In this document: in pieces, positions 1 to 11,600 of the stretch
Position numbering within the stretch: the stretch's first letter is position 1
How the letters are laid out: each line of letters begins with the position of its first letter
Source of the DNA: a virus
Length of the DNA stretch: 40,932 bases
Virus genome (UHGV): UHGV-2003109
Direction: 5' to 3' (one strand)
The notes under the pieces: generated by a model
What the model was told of the DNA's origin: nothing
Database searches by the model: none
The model's input: the letters and a program-made list of their open reading frames with translations, nothing else
Program-made: the position numbers and the translations under genes

Positions 1-91
1 CACAACATCCGAGAACAGCAACACCCGATACTTTTTCCTGGCTTCCAGCAACGGGGTTTCTTCCTCCGTTGCATATACAGCTCACCTTTTT

Positions 92-385
92 TCACCCACG
101 ATTAACCAACAGCCAGACCAGCAGACACGCCACCACCGGCACAGCAAAATCCATCAGGCTTGCCACATCCCAAGCACGCGGATCAAAACCGCCCCACCAC
201 GGCATATTCATTCGCTTGCCATGCCCGAACATTTCAATCCAGCGATATTCTGCCTGGGTATGTTCACGCGCAATGAAGAACGTACAACCGGCTATCGCTC
301 CGTAAGCCCAGTTTCCGGTAAAAAGACCAACCAGTATCTGCGCAGCCACAGCACAAAGTGCATGAAGTAAGGGGCTTATATCCAT
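92..385 (-). CDS. Hypothetical small membrane protein (two hydrophobic segments), distal gene of the tail fiber operon
   Basis: ATG at 385 preceded by AGGAGG Shine-Dalgarno; hydrophobic stretches AVAAQILVGLF and FAVPVVACLLVWLLV; no family recognised. Confidence 0.5.
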   Translation of the reverse strand: MDISPLLHALCAVAAQILVGLFTGNWAYGAIAGCTFFIAREHTQAEYRWIEMFGHGKRMNMPWWGGFDPRAWDVASLMDFAVPVVACLLVWLLVNRG

Positions 386-397
386 TATTTCCTCCTT

Positions 398-676
398 TCA
401 GCTCCATTCCCGAAGCGGTGTTTCCAGCTCCACGACATAATCAGAGAATACAGAAACATCAAACAAGTCATCAAGAATGCGAATGTTGACAAAATAACCA
501 TCATTCCGGATACAGACAGGTTCTCCCTCTTCTGTTACCCCTGTTTCTGTGTAGGTGAAACCAATTTCATCAACTAACAGTTTATTCTGGAGGTCTTCAT
601 CTTCCGCCCAGCCAAGAGATGACAGGAAGGCCTTAAACTGCAGTTTGTCATAAAACTTCAAAGTTAAATCTTTCAT
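398..676 (-). CDS. Hypothetical acidic protein translationally coupled to the tail fiber gene (possible fiber accessory/chaperone)
   Basis: ATG overlaps stf stop in an ATGA motif; AAGAGG RBS; no recognisable Tfa motif. Confidence 0.5.
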   Translation of the reverse strand: MKDLTLKFYDKLQFKAFLSSLGWAEDEDLQNKLLVDEIGFTYTETGVTEEGEPVCIRNDGYFVNIRILDDLFDVSVFSDYVVELETPLREWS

Positions 677-2733
677 ACGACCTCTTTTAATTGCCTGTCA
701 TTTAATTCTTTATGCCATATGCGGAAATTGCGAATATGGCCAAACAGATGTCGTTCTCCAGTATTCGTCTGCCCTCCAAATCGGATATTTTTATCAGCGG
801 TCACGCCATTATATTCACAATAAACTTCATTAACCGCTTTACCATTTGTCACCACATGAAAGTGACCATCAGCTTTTGCAATACATCCAAATGTGGTTTT
901 CTCTGCAAATACATCTGTCGCTGCGCTATTAACATACGAGCCTGAAGGGTTTGACAGACTCATATATAACTTACCACTACCTCTGTTGATTGCTGCAATT
1001 GCTGATTGCCCGGTATTGGCTGCTGCTATATCCCACACGCGGGGTGCGGCGTTTGGTGCAATATCCCAGTTTTTATGAATCTCAAGTAAAAAAGTAAATG
1101 GTAACTTATAAAGATTATTTCTGGTGGGGATACTAACCAAATCACTGGCTCTTGTCGTTGCGCTGCCTCCTGAAATAATAAATGATGATACACACGGCCC
1201 ATTCTCTACTTGTGGGGTGGCAAGATAAATATAGTCACCAGATACTGTTGCCCCACCCTGCTCAGGAGAATACTGTATCTGAGAGCCTATTTTTAACTCA
1301 CCATCAATTGCCTGAATCGTTGCCTCTGCAAAAATCCAGCCTGTGGTCTTATCCTTCCTGACTCGTGCCGTAATTCTGCCGGCAGCACCACCTGTCATAT
1401 TAATTTCAAGCGTTTGCGTATCAATGTACGCATCGCCAAGAAAAGTTGTTGCACTACCATCATACTTATCAAACCGTATACGTAACCTTACCTGTCGTTC
1501 TGTTTTAAAACGGCATGAGGTTGTCACGTACTTGTTATCGCCTGAGACATCAACTGACTTTGTTGCAGCAATTGATGCCATATTAATAGCCGAAGTTTGC
1601 CCAACCAGAGAATCGTTGCAGACAAACTTTCCATAAGTAAAACCAAAACTATCCGTCCCGGTTTCGGGCACATCCATGTTTGATGACTTCCCCCAGCTGG
1701 CTGGACTTTCCGAATTGAGCATGTAGTTCGTTCTTTGTCCCTCAATAAGCAGGCCATCACACTCAAATCGCGGCTCATTAATTTCCGCCGTTTTCAGTTC
1801 GCCAGATTTGTTGATATATGTTGCCGTTGATGCGCGACTGAAATTAACCTGTTTATCACTGGCGACCTGAACCACATCGTCACCAATAGCTATTTTTTTA
1901 TAGCCCGGAGAAAAACCCGCAATCATATCCAGTGAATCGTTAAACGGTATCCACACATCAGGCAGCGGCGGCACTATATTCGCATAGGGCTCTGCAGTCA
2001 CTTCCGCTGCGACTTCTGCGCGGTCTGCCGCCTTTTCAGCCCGTGTCGCTGCCGACAGAGCCTCATCCTTTTTCTGCCCGGCCTTTGTTGCGTCTGCTGC
2101 GGCCTCCCGCGCTTTTGTGGTGGCGACTCCGGCATTTTCAGCGGCTGACTCTGCATTACGGCGGGAAGCCTCTTCACTGTCTGCGGAGGCTTCTTCTGAC
2201 GCACGGGCATTTGTCTCTGAACGTTCTGCCGCTGTTGCTGCGTTTTGTGCGGCTGTTTTTGAAGAAGCTGCCGCTTTCGCGCTGTTACCTGCATTCGTCT
2301 CTGATGTTTTCGCCGCATTCCTGGACGATGCCGCTGCTGTTTCTGATTTCTTTGCTGCCGCTGCGCTCTGAGAGGCGGCTTCAGCGTTGCGTGCCACCTC
2401 TTCCACCATCTTTTCAAAACGATACAGTGCCTCCGGACGAACATCATCTTCTGTTGCAGCGCCCAGAAAATCATTCAATGTCCCCGGCTTAGAATCCTCA
2501 TACACGGTGATAGCCCCGGCATGTGAAGGCGGAAAACCTTCAACCAGCAGGATAACGCTGTACTGGCCATACTCGACATCCATGCTGTAACGTCCGGCTT
2601 CATCCGGATTTTCTGAGGCCACCGTGTTCACCACAACCGTGGTGCTGTTACGTTTTGCTTTGAGCTGAATGGTGCAGTTCTGTATCGGTTTTCCTGCACC
2701 GTCTTTCAGCACGCCTGAAATCTGTACTGCCAT
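673..2733 (-). CDS. stf: Side tail fiber protein with lambda Stf-like N-terminus, Ala/Ser-rich repetitive shaft and a lectin-like C-terminus
   Basis: N-terminus MAVQISGVLKDGAGKPIQNCTIQLKAKRNSTTVVVNTV... matches lambda Stf; track start 2739 is GTG, probable ATG at 2733. Confidence 0.85.
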   Translation of the reverse strand: MAVQISGVLKDGAGKPIQNCTIQLKAKRNSTTVVVNTVASENPDEAGRYSMDVEYGQYSVILLVEGFPPSHAGAITVYEDSKPGTLNDFLGAATEDDVRPEALYRFEKMVEEVARNAEAASQSAAAAKKSETAAASSRNAAKTSETNAGNSAKAAASSKTAAQNAATAAERSETNARASEEASADSEEASRRNAESAAENAGVATTKAREAAADATKAGQKKDEALSAATRAEKAADRAEVAAEVTAEPYANIVPPLPDVWIPFNDSLDMIAGFSPGYKKIAIGDDVVQVASDKQVNFSRASTATYINKSGELKTAEINEPRFECDGLLIEGQRTNYMLNSESPASWGKSSNMDVPETGTDSFGFTYGKFVCNDSLVGQTSAINMASIAATKSVDVSGDNKYVTTSCRFKTERQVRLRIRFDKYDGSATTFLGDAYIDTQTLEINMTGGAAGRITARVRKDKTTGWIFAEATIQAIDGELKIGSQIQYSPEQGGATVSGDYIYLATPQVENGPCVSSFIISGGSATTRASDLVSIPTRNNLYKLPFTFLLEIHKNWDIAPNAAPRVWDIAAANTGQSAIAAINRGSGKLYMSLSNPSGSYVNSAATDVFAEKTTFGCIAKADGHFHVVTNGKAVNEVYCEYNGVTADKNIRFGGQTNTGERHLFGHIRNFRIWHKELNDRQLKEVV

Positions 2734-2791
2734 ATTCACTCCACAAATAAAAAAGGCGCCATTTCTGGCGCCCGTATCTGGGTTATAAAAT

Positions 2792-5700
2792 TCAACTGAT
2801 ACTGATACCGGCTGTAGATTTCTTCATCACAACAACAAGAAGGTCGCTGATACTGGTCGTTGGCGTCCAGTTATTAGCACCATATGAAGAAACATTGAAA
2901 GTCAGGGTGACATGGCCGTGTCCGGCAGGCATATCAATGACTGATGAAAATACCCTGCTGACATCCGTCGCGGGTTGCTGAAAGATTTCCTGTCCGTTCT
3001 TCAGTACCTGCAGCTTACAGGTTGAATACCAGTATGACTGTTGGTTGTTGCTGTTGAAGTTTTCATGCTTACCCCCACGAAACAGAACGGGGGGGACTAC
3101 TATCTGACGGTCAAAAGCCTGGTCATCGTACACAGTGACCGTTATTGTACCGCTGGCATAACTGCCATTTCTCGGAAAGGCTTTTCCCACCGTTTTGACA
3201 ATATCACCTTCAATCTGGTTAGCTGACAGTTTTCCCAGAATCCGACAGTTCTGATTAATCGTGACGTTGTTGAGCGTCCCGGAGTTCGCGTTCACGTTAC
3301 CGCTGATATCCGCATTTTTCGCAGAAAGTCGACCATCAGGTGTCAGTGAAAACGTTGGGGGATTGCCACCGCTGGTAATGGTGGGAGCCGTCAGATATTT
3401 CAGGAACACTTCGTTCATGAATATCTGATCGCCCTGCCCAACAAACATCGGCTTTGTGTTGCCATTCGCAGGATTAATCATCGCAATCCTGTCCGCCGCC
3501 AGCAGCACCTGACTCTGCATACCGTCAGGAGTATTCTCAATACCGGCACCAATACCCGCGATATAAAGGCGTCCGTCCTGCATCTGCTGCAGCTTCACAG
3601 CCCACATGCTGTTCAGGTTATTATTTGTATCAACCTGAACCTTCTGTATCTGCTGGATCGCTGCACTCTGGTCTTCCAGTTTCTTATTGACGGTCTGCGT
3701 GATTTCATTGCTGACACCCGTAATGGACGTCCTGATTTCAGCCAGGTCAGGCGCAAGCTGACCGTTATCAATCTGCGTCCACAACTCCTGAGCCAGATGG
3801 GTTTTCCCTATCTCTCCTTTGAAAAAATTCAGATAGCCGGATGCATCATCACTCGGCTGGCCAACAGCCTCCACAAATGCCGATTTGCCAACGGTGTTCA
3901 CACTGCGGATGTAAAAATAATAATCATGGCCCGGTTTGATATTGATACTGGCGGCTATCCAGTACAGCGCCGTGCCAAGATAGCGTGCTGTGGTTTCAAC
4001 CTGCCTGATATCCGCAATCCGCTTTTCCGAGAACCAGAACTCAAACTGTACCGTCGGATCATAAACCGCAAGATGCGGCGTGGCGGTTATCTGAAAATAC
4101 CCCGGTGTCAGCTCAATCTGCGACGGCGCTGCCGGTGCGGCAATCCGGAACGATACCGATGCCGGATCGCCCTGCTGCCCCCACGCATTTACTGCCCGGA
4201 CTGTCAGCCTGTAGTTCCCCAGCGCCAGTTGTGTGAAGCGGTATGTGGTTTCCGCCGTCCGGGCTGTGCTGACCAGCCGCTCACTGCCGTCATCCGCTGC
4301 CACGGTCAGGCGAAGCATGAAACTCACGCCCTTCACCACCTTCGGCGTGTCCCAGCGGGCCAGTACCTGATACTCCCCGCTGTCTGCGGTGACTTCGGCA
4401 GTCAGGTGCTGCACTGCTGGCGGCGTGACACCATTCACCGTGCCGCTCTGGTCGCCGTCAAAGTGCGCCCCGTTATCCACGATGGCTTCTTTTTCCGGTA
4501 CATGCTGCACGGCGGTGATGGCATACGTGCCGTCGTCGTTCTCACGGATACTCACGCAGCGGAACAGGCGCTGGCGCAGCGTCGGCAGCTTCAGCCCCCA
4601 CACGCTGTATCCGGCAACGCCGTCAGGAACACGGCTAACTTTCACCTTCACGCCGTCGGTGACGGACTGGACCTCCACGCTGACCGGATTGCCATTTCCG
4701 TCAACCAGGCTTATCAGCGTGGTGCCGGAGGATGGCAGCATGATTTCACGGTCGAGCGTCAGTGTCCGCGCCTGGCTGTTCACCGCCAGCACGCGCCCGC
4801 CGATGCTGATACCCGCATAGTCATCATCGCAGATTTCAATGACATCGCCCGGTACATGGCGAAGCCCTTCTGCGCCCACGCTGAAGTCCACGGTCTGCGT
4901 TTCCAGCAGCTCCGTTTTAATCAGCCACAGCCCGGCGCGGTGTGCCTGCCCCCGACTGGTACAGCCAAAGGCATCCATCTTCGTGACGTTACGACCGTAA
5001 CGGGCAATGGCCTGCGTGTCCTCCACAAGCTCTGTCGCCGTCTCCCAGCCGTTATCCGGGTCAATCCAGTTCACCTCAACGGCATTATGGCGGTCTTTCA
5101 GGGCGCTGAAGCTGTAGCGGAACGGCGCACCATCATCCGGCATCACCACATTACTGCAGTTATAGGTCCACACCTTATCCGATGGTCGGTCCTGCACGAA
5201 TGTCAGCGTCTGTCCGTTCCATACCGGCATACAGCGCATCGCCGAGCAGAAATCACTGAGCACATCCCACGCCTTACGCTGTGTGGTCAGCCAGGCATTA
5301 CAGGTGATGCGCGGCTCCGTGCCACCAAAGCCATCCGGCACCGACTGGTCGCAATTCTGGCCGATGACATACAGCGCCCATTTGTCCACATCCGCCGCAC
5401 CGAGACGTTTCCCCATGCCGTAGCGCGGATGGGTCAGCATATCCCACAGACACCAGGCCATGTTGTTGCTGTATGCTGGCTTAAACGTTCCGTCCCAGAT
5501 ACCGCTGTATTGCCGCGTCTGCGGGTTATAGTTCGACGGCACCTGCAGAATGCGCCCGCGAAGATGATAATTACGGCTCACCTGCTGACTGCCGAACTGT
5601 TCCGAGTCCACCTGCACGCCGACCAGTGCCGTGTTCGGGTAGCACTGTTTCACATCGATGATTTCGGTGTATGACGACCAGAGCGTTTTGTTCTGCAGCT

Positions 5701-6274
5701 GGTCTGTGGTGCTGTCCGGCGTCATCCTGCGCATCCGGATATTAAACGGGCGCGGCGGCAGGTTACCCACCACCACCGAGGCCAGATACTGCGAGGTGGT
5801 TTTGCCCTTAATGGTGATGTCTTTTTCCGTCACCCAGCCACCGTTACGCTGTATCTGAACCAGCAGGCGGACTTCCGACGGATTCCTGTCCCCCTTTGAG
5901 GTGGTTTCCACCAGTGTCTGCACGCCGAAAGTAAAACGCAGACGGTCAATGTTTGCCGACGTGATGGTCCGGGTGATCGGCGTGTCATATTTCACTTCTG
6001 TACCGAGCACCGTCTCGGAACCGGAGGATTCAAACCCCTCCGGCGGAGTCTGCTCCTGCTCACCTGCCCGGAACACCACCGTGACACCGGATATGTTGGT
6101 ATTCCCCTCAGTGTCCAGCACCGGCGTACTGTTCAGCAGCACGCTTTTTAATCCATCCACCGGACCTTCAACCGGCCCTTCGCTGATGGCATCGATCACA
6201 CTCAGCAACTGCGTGGACTTCAGGTTGTCCTTCGCTTCGCGCGGGGTATGCCCCTTACTGCTGCCTTTACCCAT
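2792..6274 (-). CDS. J: Tail tip host specificity protein J (central tail fiber)
   Basis: 1160 aa; N-terminal ~900 aa nearly identical to lambda gpJ ([24 protein letters not shown]...); C-terminal ~250 aa diverged. Confidence 0.95.
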   Translation of the reverse strand: MGKGSSKGHTPREAKDNLKSTQLLSVIDAISEGPVEGPVDGLKSVLLNSTPVLDTEGNTNISGVTVVFRAGEQEQTPPEGFESSGSETVLGTEVKYDTPITRTITSANIDRLRFTFGVQTLVETTSKGDRNPSEVRLLVQIQRNGGWVTEKDITIKGKTTSQYLASVVVGNLPPRPFNIRMRRMTPDSTTDQLQNKTLWSSYTEIIDVKQCYPNTALVGVQVDSEQFGSQQVSRNYHLRGRILQVPSNYNPQTRQYSGIWDGTFKPAYSNNMAWCLWDMLTHPRYGMGKRLGAADVDKWALYVIGQNCDQSVPDGFGGTEPRITCNAWLTTQRKAWDVLSDFCSAMRCMPVWNGQTLTFVQDRPSDKVWTYNCSNVVMPDDGAPFRYSFSALKDRHNAVEVNWIDPDNGWETATELVEDTQAIARYGRNVTKMDAFGCTSRGQAHRAGLWLIKTELLETQTVDFSVGAEGLRHVPGDVIEICDDDYAGISIGGRVLAVNSQARTLTLDREIMLPSSGTTLISLVDGNGNPVSVEVQSVTDGVKVKVSRVPDGVAGYSVWGLKLPTLRQRLFRCVSIRENDDGTYAITAVQHVPEKEAIVDNGAHFDGDQSGTVNGVTPPAVQHLTAEVTADSGEYQVLARWDTPKVVKGVSFMLRLTVAADDGSERLVSTARTAETTYRFTQLALGNYRLTVRAVNAWGQQGDPASVSFRIAAPAAPSQIELTPGYFQITATPHLAVYDPTVQFEFWFSEKRIADIRQVETTARYLGTALYWIAASINIKPGHDYYFYIRSVNTVGKSAFVEAVGQPSDDASGYLNFFKGEIGKTHLAQELWTQIDNGQLAPDLAEIRTSITGVSNEITQTVNKKLEDQSAAIQQIQKVQVDTNNNLNSMWAVKLQQMQDGRLYIAGIGAGIENTPDGMQSQVLLAADRIAMINPANGNTKPMFVGQGDQIFMNEVFLKYLTAPTITSGGNPPTFSLTPDGRLSAKNADISGNVNANSGTLNNVTINQNCRILGKLSANQIEGDIVKTVGKAFPRNGSYASGTITVTVYDDQAFDRQIVVPPVLFRGGKHENFNSNNQQSYWYSTCKLQVLKNGQEIFQQPATDVSRVFSSVIDMPAGHGHVTLTFNVSSYGANNWTPTTSISDLLVVVMKKSTAGISIS

Positions 6275-6334
6275 TCCTCACGCTCCGTAAACGACAAAAC
6301 CGCCCGCAGGCGGTTTCACATAAAACATTTTGCA

Positions 6335-6982
6335 TCAGCGACCAATCACCACAACCTGACCACCGTCCCCTTCGTCTGCCGTGCTGATCTCCTGAGAAAC
6401 CACGCGTGACCCCACGCGCATTTCCCCGTACAGAACAGGCAGAACATTGCCCTGGGCAACCATGTTATCCAGTGAGGAGAAATAGGTGTTCTGTTTGCCG
6501 TTATCTGTACTTGCTGCCGTGGGCGTCCTGGCTTTCGGTGCCAGCATCTGCGCCACTCCGCCCAGGATCATACTGGCCCCTGCCGCATACATGCCCGATA
6601 CAGCCGCGGCACCCAGCCAGCCCACAGGGTTCCACCATGCCACCGCAATCAGCGCCGCCCCCAGCACCACCTGAAACACACCGCCACTTTTAGCTCCCGC
6701 CAGACGCGGCACGATGTGGATCACGGCACCATTTGCCAGCGGCTCATTAAGACGGGCAGACAATTCGGTTTCACCTGCATCACGCCCGGCAATGCGTACC
6801 TGGTACCAGCCGTCGCTCAGTTTCTGACGAAACGCCGGGATCTGCATGGCCAGCGCCCGGATGGCTTCGGACCCCGTTTTCACTCGAAGGTCGATGCGGC
6901 GGCCAAATCGTTGTAAATCCCCGTAAAGGCAGATGCGTGCCATGCCCGGTGACGCCAGAGGGAGTGTGTGCGTCGCTGCCAT
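6335..6982 (-). CDS. I: Tail assembly protein I
   Basis: Lambda gpI-like sequence and position between K and J; overlaps K as in lambda. Confidence 0.9.
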   Translation of the reverse strand: MAATHTLPLASPGMARICLYGDLQRFGRRIDLRVKTGSEAIRALAMQIPAFRQKLSDGWYQVRIAGRDAGETELSARLNEPLANGAVIHIVPRLAGAKSGGVFQVVLGAALIAVAWWNPVGWLGAAAVSGMYAAGASMILGGVAQMLAPKARTPTAASTDNGKQNTYFSSLDNMVAQGNVLPVLYGEMRVGSRVVSQEISTADEGDGGQVVVIGR

Positions 6983-7623
6983 TTGTCGGTGTACCTCTCT
7001 CGTTTGCTCAGTTGTTCAGGAATATGGTGCAGCAGCTCGCTGTCACCACAGTAAATGGCGGCATGATTCGGCACCGATGAACCAAAACAGCACAGCAGCA
7101 CATCGCCCGGCTGCGCCGCTGACAACGGCACCTGATACAGCCCTGTGGCCTCCAGATTATCCAGATAGAGATTCTGACCGTGACGCCACCAGTCATCCCC
7201 GCGATGAAAATCCGGCATCTCAATCCCCGCCAGATGGTAAGCATCCCGGAACAGCGTGTAACAGTCCGTCACCCCGTGCTCAAAGCGCCGCCCGGAAAGA
7301 TGTGGCACACAGCGGAACTTGTGAATCGCCCCCCGGCAAACCAGCCACCACGGCAAATCACTCTGCACTTGCAGCCGCCGGTCGGTCTCACTCAGCCAGG
7401 GCAGACCACCGGGGTGGCTGTGGACCAGCGCCACAATCTCACCCTGCATCTCTGCCCGCAGCCAGTCCTCCGGCGACATCCGGAAATACTCCTCCGGCTC
7501 ACCGGAGATATTCACGCAGGGAAAATATCTTTCCCCCTCCGGTGTTCTCACCACGAAGCCGCACGACTCCGCTGGCGCACATCGCCGGGCGTGCGCCAGA
7601 ATCGCTGATTCTGTCTCTGTCAT
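6880..7623 (-). CDS. K: Tail assembly protein K
   Basis: MTETESAILAHARRCAPAESCGFVV... matches lambda gpK, including the HSHP motif; ATG at 7623 follows L stop. Confidence 0.9.
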   Translation of the reverse strand: MTETESAILAHARRCAPAESCGFVVRTPEGERYFPCVNISGEPEEYFRMSPEDWLRAEMQGEIVALVHSHPGGLPWLSETDRRLQVQSDLPWWLVCRGAIHKFRCVPHLSGRRFEHGVTDCYTLFRDAYHLAGIEMPDFHRGDDWWRHGQNLYLDNLEATGLYQVPLSAAQPGDVLLCCFGSSVPNHAAIYCGDSELLHHIPEQLSKRERYTDKWQRRTHSLWRHRAWHASAFTGIYNDLAAASTFE

Positions 7624-7628
7624 GGGAT

Positions 7629-8327
7629 TCACTGCGAAAGTTTGTTAATGGAAAGGAAGCCGCCAAAGTTGCCGACGTTATTGCGAAACTTACAGCCGCT
7701 CAGGCATTTGCTGCATTTATCCTTCGTGATATCGGACGTCGGCTGATCATATTCATCCGCGACCGCCGGACCGTGATAACCGCACTCATCACCGCGATAG
7801 GTCCAGGTGCAGGTGTTGGCCAGCATGATACGTCCCGGAAAAACGGCACCGTCCGTTTCCGTCGGCGTGGACAGTACAAAAGAGGCACTCACCGCGCTCA
7901 GTTCGCTGCACTGCTCGATGCGCCAGCGGCTGATCACCTCCTGCTCCGGATCGGCGTCACTGTTTCCGTTGACGAAGTTCACCGCATCCAGAAAACGGGC
8001 ATAAACCTTACGCCGGACCACCGTTCCTCTGACCAGACTCTGCAGGTCTTCCGCCATCCCGGTGACCATGCCGTGCAGGTTAGAAACCGTCAGTGTCGGA
8101 CGGGCAGCACTGCCCTTGCCGTTCAGTTCAAATCCCGTCCCCTGAATGGGATACGCCTGATACTGTCGCCCCTGCCAGGTGACCGGCTCACCTTTTTCGT
8201 TCTGCTCATTACAGAAAAAATAACGTTCTCCACCGACCACTGTCAGATCGATTTCCCAGAGCACCACCTGGGCTGACTGAGTGAGGCGTGTCGTCTCATG
8301 ATGTGTTTCCTGTGGAATATCCTGCAT
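7629..8327 (-). CDS. L: Tail tip protein L
   Basis: Lambda gpL-like, 232 aa, with C-terminal cysteine cluster. Confidence 0.9.
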   Translation of the reverse strand: MQDIPQETHHETTRLTQSAQVVLWEIDLTVVGGERYFFCNEQNEKGEPVTWQGRQYQAYPIQGTGFELNGKGSAARPTLTVSNLHGMVTGMAEDLQSLVRGTVVRRKVYARFLDAVNFVNGNSDADPEQEVISRWRIEQCSELSAVSASFVLSTPTETDGAVFPGRIMLANTCTWTYRGDECGYHGPAVADEYDQPTSDITKDKCSKCLSGCKFRNNVGNFGGFLSINKLSQ

Positions 8328-8336
8328 CAGAGACTC

Positions 8337-8666
8337 CTATGCCACGACCTGTTCAAAATCTGCCGTTATGGTTACCCACAACGCCCCCACGCTTGCCGAC
8401 CATTTACGACAAACCACCCTGATCGGCTTCCAGTCATAAGGTGGCGTCCACTGAAATGCGCGGACGCCACCGTGCCGTTCCAGAAAGGCTTTTAAAGATG
8501 GGTGTTCACATTTACGAACACGTATCGTCACGCTGTAAGTCGACAACTGGTTATTCAGTCCCGCCGCACGACGCTGTTCATAACCATCGCCCAGCTTCAC
8601 TGTCACCACTTTCGGCTCTGATACCACATTCATATCCGGGCGCACTTTCCAGTGAAACGTCTCCAT
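8337..8666 (-). CDS. M: Tail tip protein M
   Basis: Lambda gpM-like, 109 aa, located between H and L. Confidence 0.9.
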   Translation of the reverse strand: METFHWKVRPDMNVVSEPKVVTVKLGDGYEQRRAAGLNNQLSTYSVTIRVRKCEHPSLKAFLERHGGVRAFQWTPPYDWKPIRVVCRKWSASVGALWVTITADFEQVVA

Positions 8667-11600
8667 TACCGATATGCTCCACTTAACCGACCACCATCAC
8701 GGGCCTGCTGTTGCATAAAGTCCGCTGCCGCTTTTTTCCCAAGGTCATAAACCACCTTCAGGGCAGCCGGACCTATCTGCCCGTTCGTGCCATCGTTATT
8801 GATCTCGATGTTGTACTGCGGGGCAAACATCGCCATACCTGAACCACCAATATCCGCCACAACCCCCAGCTTACCGTCAGCACCACGACGCAGTGGCAGA
8901 ATGGCTTCAGGTCCAGCTTCCCCCATCACACCCGCGCCTTTTGCAAAAGCAAAAAACGTCGGACGGTTAACCACCGTGCCACTGTAACGACTCAAATCAG
9001 CAGACTGATAAATCCCCCCATTGGCATTCAGGGAAAGGCTGCTGAGATCAAATCCCAGTACACTGCCAATCCCTTTTATCGATTTCATCATGGTTGCCTG
9101 CGCCAGGATTTTCGCCATATCTGACAGCACAGAAGAGGTGAAAGATTTGAAATTGAGTTTGCCGGTAGTGACAAAAGTTGCCAGGCCATTTCCCATGTTG
9201 CTGAAGGCTGACGAGAACACCTGTTCTGCTGTTTCTGCCGTATTATCTGCATCCACGGTAAAATCCTGAAATGCACGCAGGACTCCGTTTTTCCAGTTAC
9301 CCTGCACAACTTCAAGCTGTTGCCAGTAACGGCGATTCTCATTCAGTTGTCGGTTCAGGCTCTCCGTCAGCGCCTGCTCGGCCTTTCTGTAGTCATCCGT
9401 GTTATATGTCCCTTTCTGCTCACTATCCCGCCTCAACTGCTCCAGCTGTTGCTGGTATTTCTGGCGAAGACTCAGTTGTACCTGATATCGCTGTCGCTGC
9501 TGATCACCCATACCCACCGTGGCGATATCCAGGTCATGTTGCTGACGCTGAGCGCGCTCTTCTTCAGCCAGTTGACTGGTCAGCTGAATTGTTTTTTTCT
9601 TCAGCTCGTTGAGTGCCGTCTGTTTCTGAAGCTCCTGCTGTTTTACATCCAGCAGCGTCAGTGCCTGAATCAGTTCATCTTTACGGGCCAGCACACTCTT
9701 TTCATCTGCCGTCAGTTTTTTCCCGTCCAGGTCGCTGATGCGCTGCTGCAGAGCCAGAAGCTGTTTATGCGCTTCTGTCATCCTTTCCGTGGCAATGCCT
9801 GCTGACTGTCTGGCAGCAGCAATCTGTCCTTCCACCTGTGCCTGTTGCTGACTGTACTGCAGCAATAACCGGGTGGCCTCATCATTACGGGTTTCGCGTG
9901 TTTTTTTCTTACCGGATGCCAGGGCTTTCTCGTAACGTTCATTTTCACGTTGTATCGCCGCATCCCTGACAGCCTGATCGGCGTACTGCATGGCATTAAT
10001 ACGCGCAATTTCACGCTGATGTCGTGCTGCTTCCGTTTCATTCATCCGGTTCAGTGCAGCATTTTCAGCATTACGGCGTTTCTGTTGCTCCTGATAATTC
10101 CGCTCTGCCTGCTCTTTTGCATCCTGCAAATCCTTCTGGCGTTTTTTCTCCTGAAGATCGTTAAGACGCTGCTGATCGTATTCAACCTGAGAAGATGATG
10201 CCGTCCAGGGGAGTCTTTTCGCCCGCGACACTTTCTCCTGTAAAGCGGCAATCTGTTCATCCAGCGAGTCTTCACGACCAATATTCATGGCCGTATCCCA
10301 GAAACGACTCCACAAATCAGACAGATACTTCAGCGTACTGCCAAGCGCATTGAGGTTATTATCAATATCCGCAGTACGCCGACCGGTTTCCTCTGCCAGT
10401 GCAGACATGGCTATCCGTGCAGCATCACTGGACCGCCCCTGCTCCCCAAGGACGCGTATCTGCTCAAGCTGAGTGGCAGTAAGAAAATGCAGCTCATTGT
10501 CCAGAGCCTTCGCGGCATTTACAGGATCATCCTTCAGCCGCTTAAACTGATTTATGGTATCGCTGACCGACTGGCCAACCGATCGCTCCATCTGTGCGGC
10601 AGCTCTCGCCACCATACCGATATCGTTTCCACGAAATGCACCACTCCCCACCACCTGAGCCAGCGCACCGGCTGCAGCATGTTGCGTGATACCATTCCCG
10701 GAAATAGCACGACTGAGCGTCCACAGCTGCCCGGCAGTGACTCCGGCATAATGCCCCGTCAGCGACAACTGGCGGTTAAATTCTTCCCCCTCCTTCTGAC
10801 CGTCATACCAGGCTTTACCCAGACCATAGACGGCCGCGGCAATACCGCCAATAACCCCGCCAAGCATCATGCCTTTCGGTGACATCAGTGTGTCTATCCA
10901 TCCGGCACGGTTAGCCAGCGTTATCCCGGATCCCCTCAGCGCCCCTAAATTGCCGCGGGCCAGTTCACCTATCAGAACGCCTATCTCCTGGCGGGCTGCT
11001 GCACTTTTCAGACCCAGCGAATGCGTGGCTTTTCCTGCCTGCTCCATTTTGCGGATATACACTTCTGCAGCACTGCTTACCCCCAGCTGGGCTGCCTTAG
11101 CACGAAGCAACTCAGAAGATGAAAGATTCAGGCGGGTTGCCTGCTCTTTAAGCTGACGGATAAACGCCACTTTCTGTCGGGTAGCCTCTTCCTCAGCCTG
11201 TGTAAGAACACGGGTTTTCGCAGTAACCTCAGAAATCAGCGCCAGATAATCCTGCTGACCAATCCCGCCACTGTTTCTGGCCTGTCGGATCTGCTGCTGA
11301 ATACGCTGTAATTCCTGCAGCCCCGCACTGGCCTGTTTCACACTGTCAATCTGACGATAAAACGCAGCAGCCGCTTTATCCTGAGCCTCCGCCAGAGCCA
11401 TGGCCTGCGCCTGTTCCTCGCGCATTTTCTGGCTCAGTGCCTCCATGCGCTGGCGGGTTTTCTCCACCTCGCGGGCCATGCGTTCATGAGCCTGTGCGTT
11501 CTTCTCCACCGTCTGCGCATGGACGGATGCGGCTGTTGCAGCCGAAGAAGCCGCCTGCGTTGTCTGCCGGGCGGCCTGAGTCTGACGCTCCATAAAACGC

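Noticed and set aside
1998-2492. Overlapping ORFs on both strands inside the tail fiber shaft region
   Set aside because: They arise from the Ala/Ser-rich repetitive coding sequence of stf; their translations are low-complexity (poly-Q/R or poly-A) and lack start context.
3797-5674. 625-aa plus-strand ORF antisense to gene J (and similar long antisense ORFs at 4389-4820, 6933-8276, 15265-15849, 17687-18100)
   Set aside because: Arg/Pro/His-rich low-complexity translations lying entirely inside confidently identified GC-rich structural genes on the other strand; typical spurious antisense frames.
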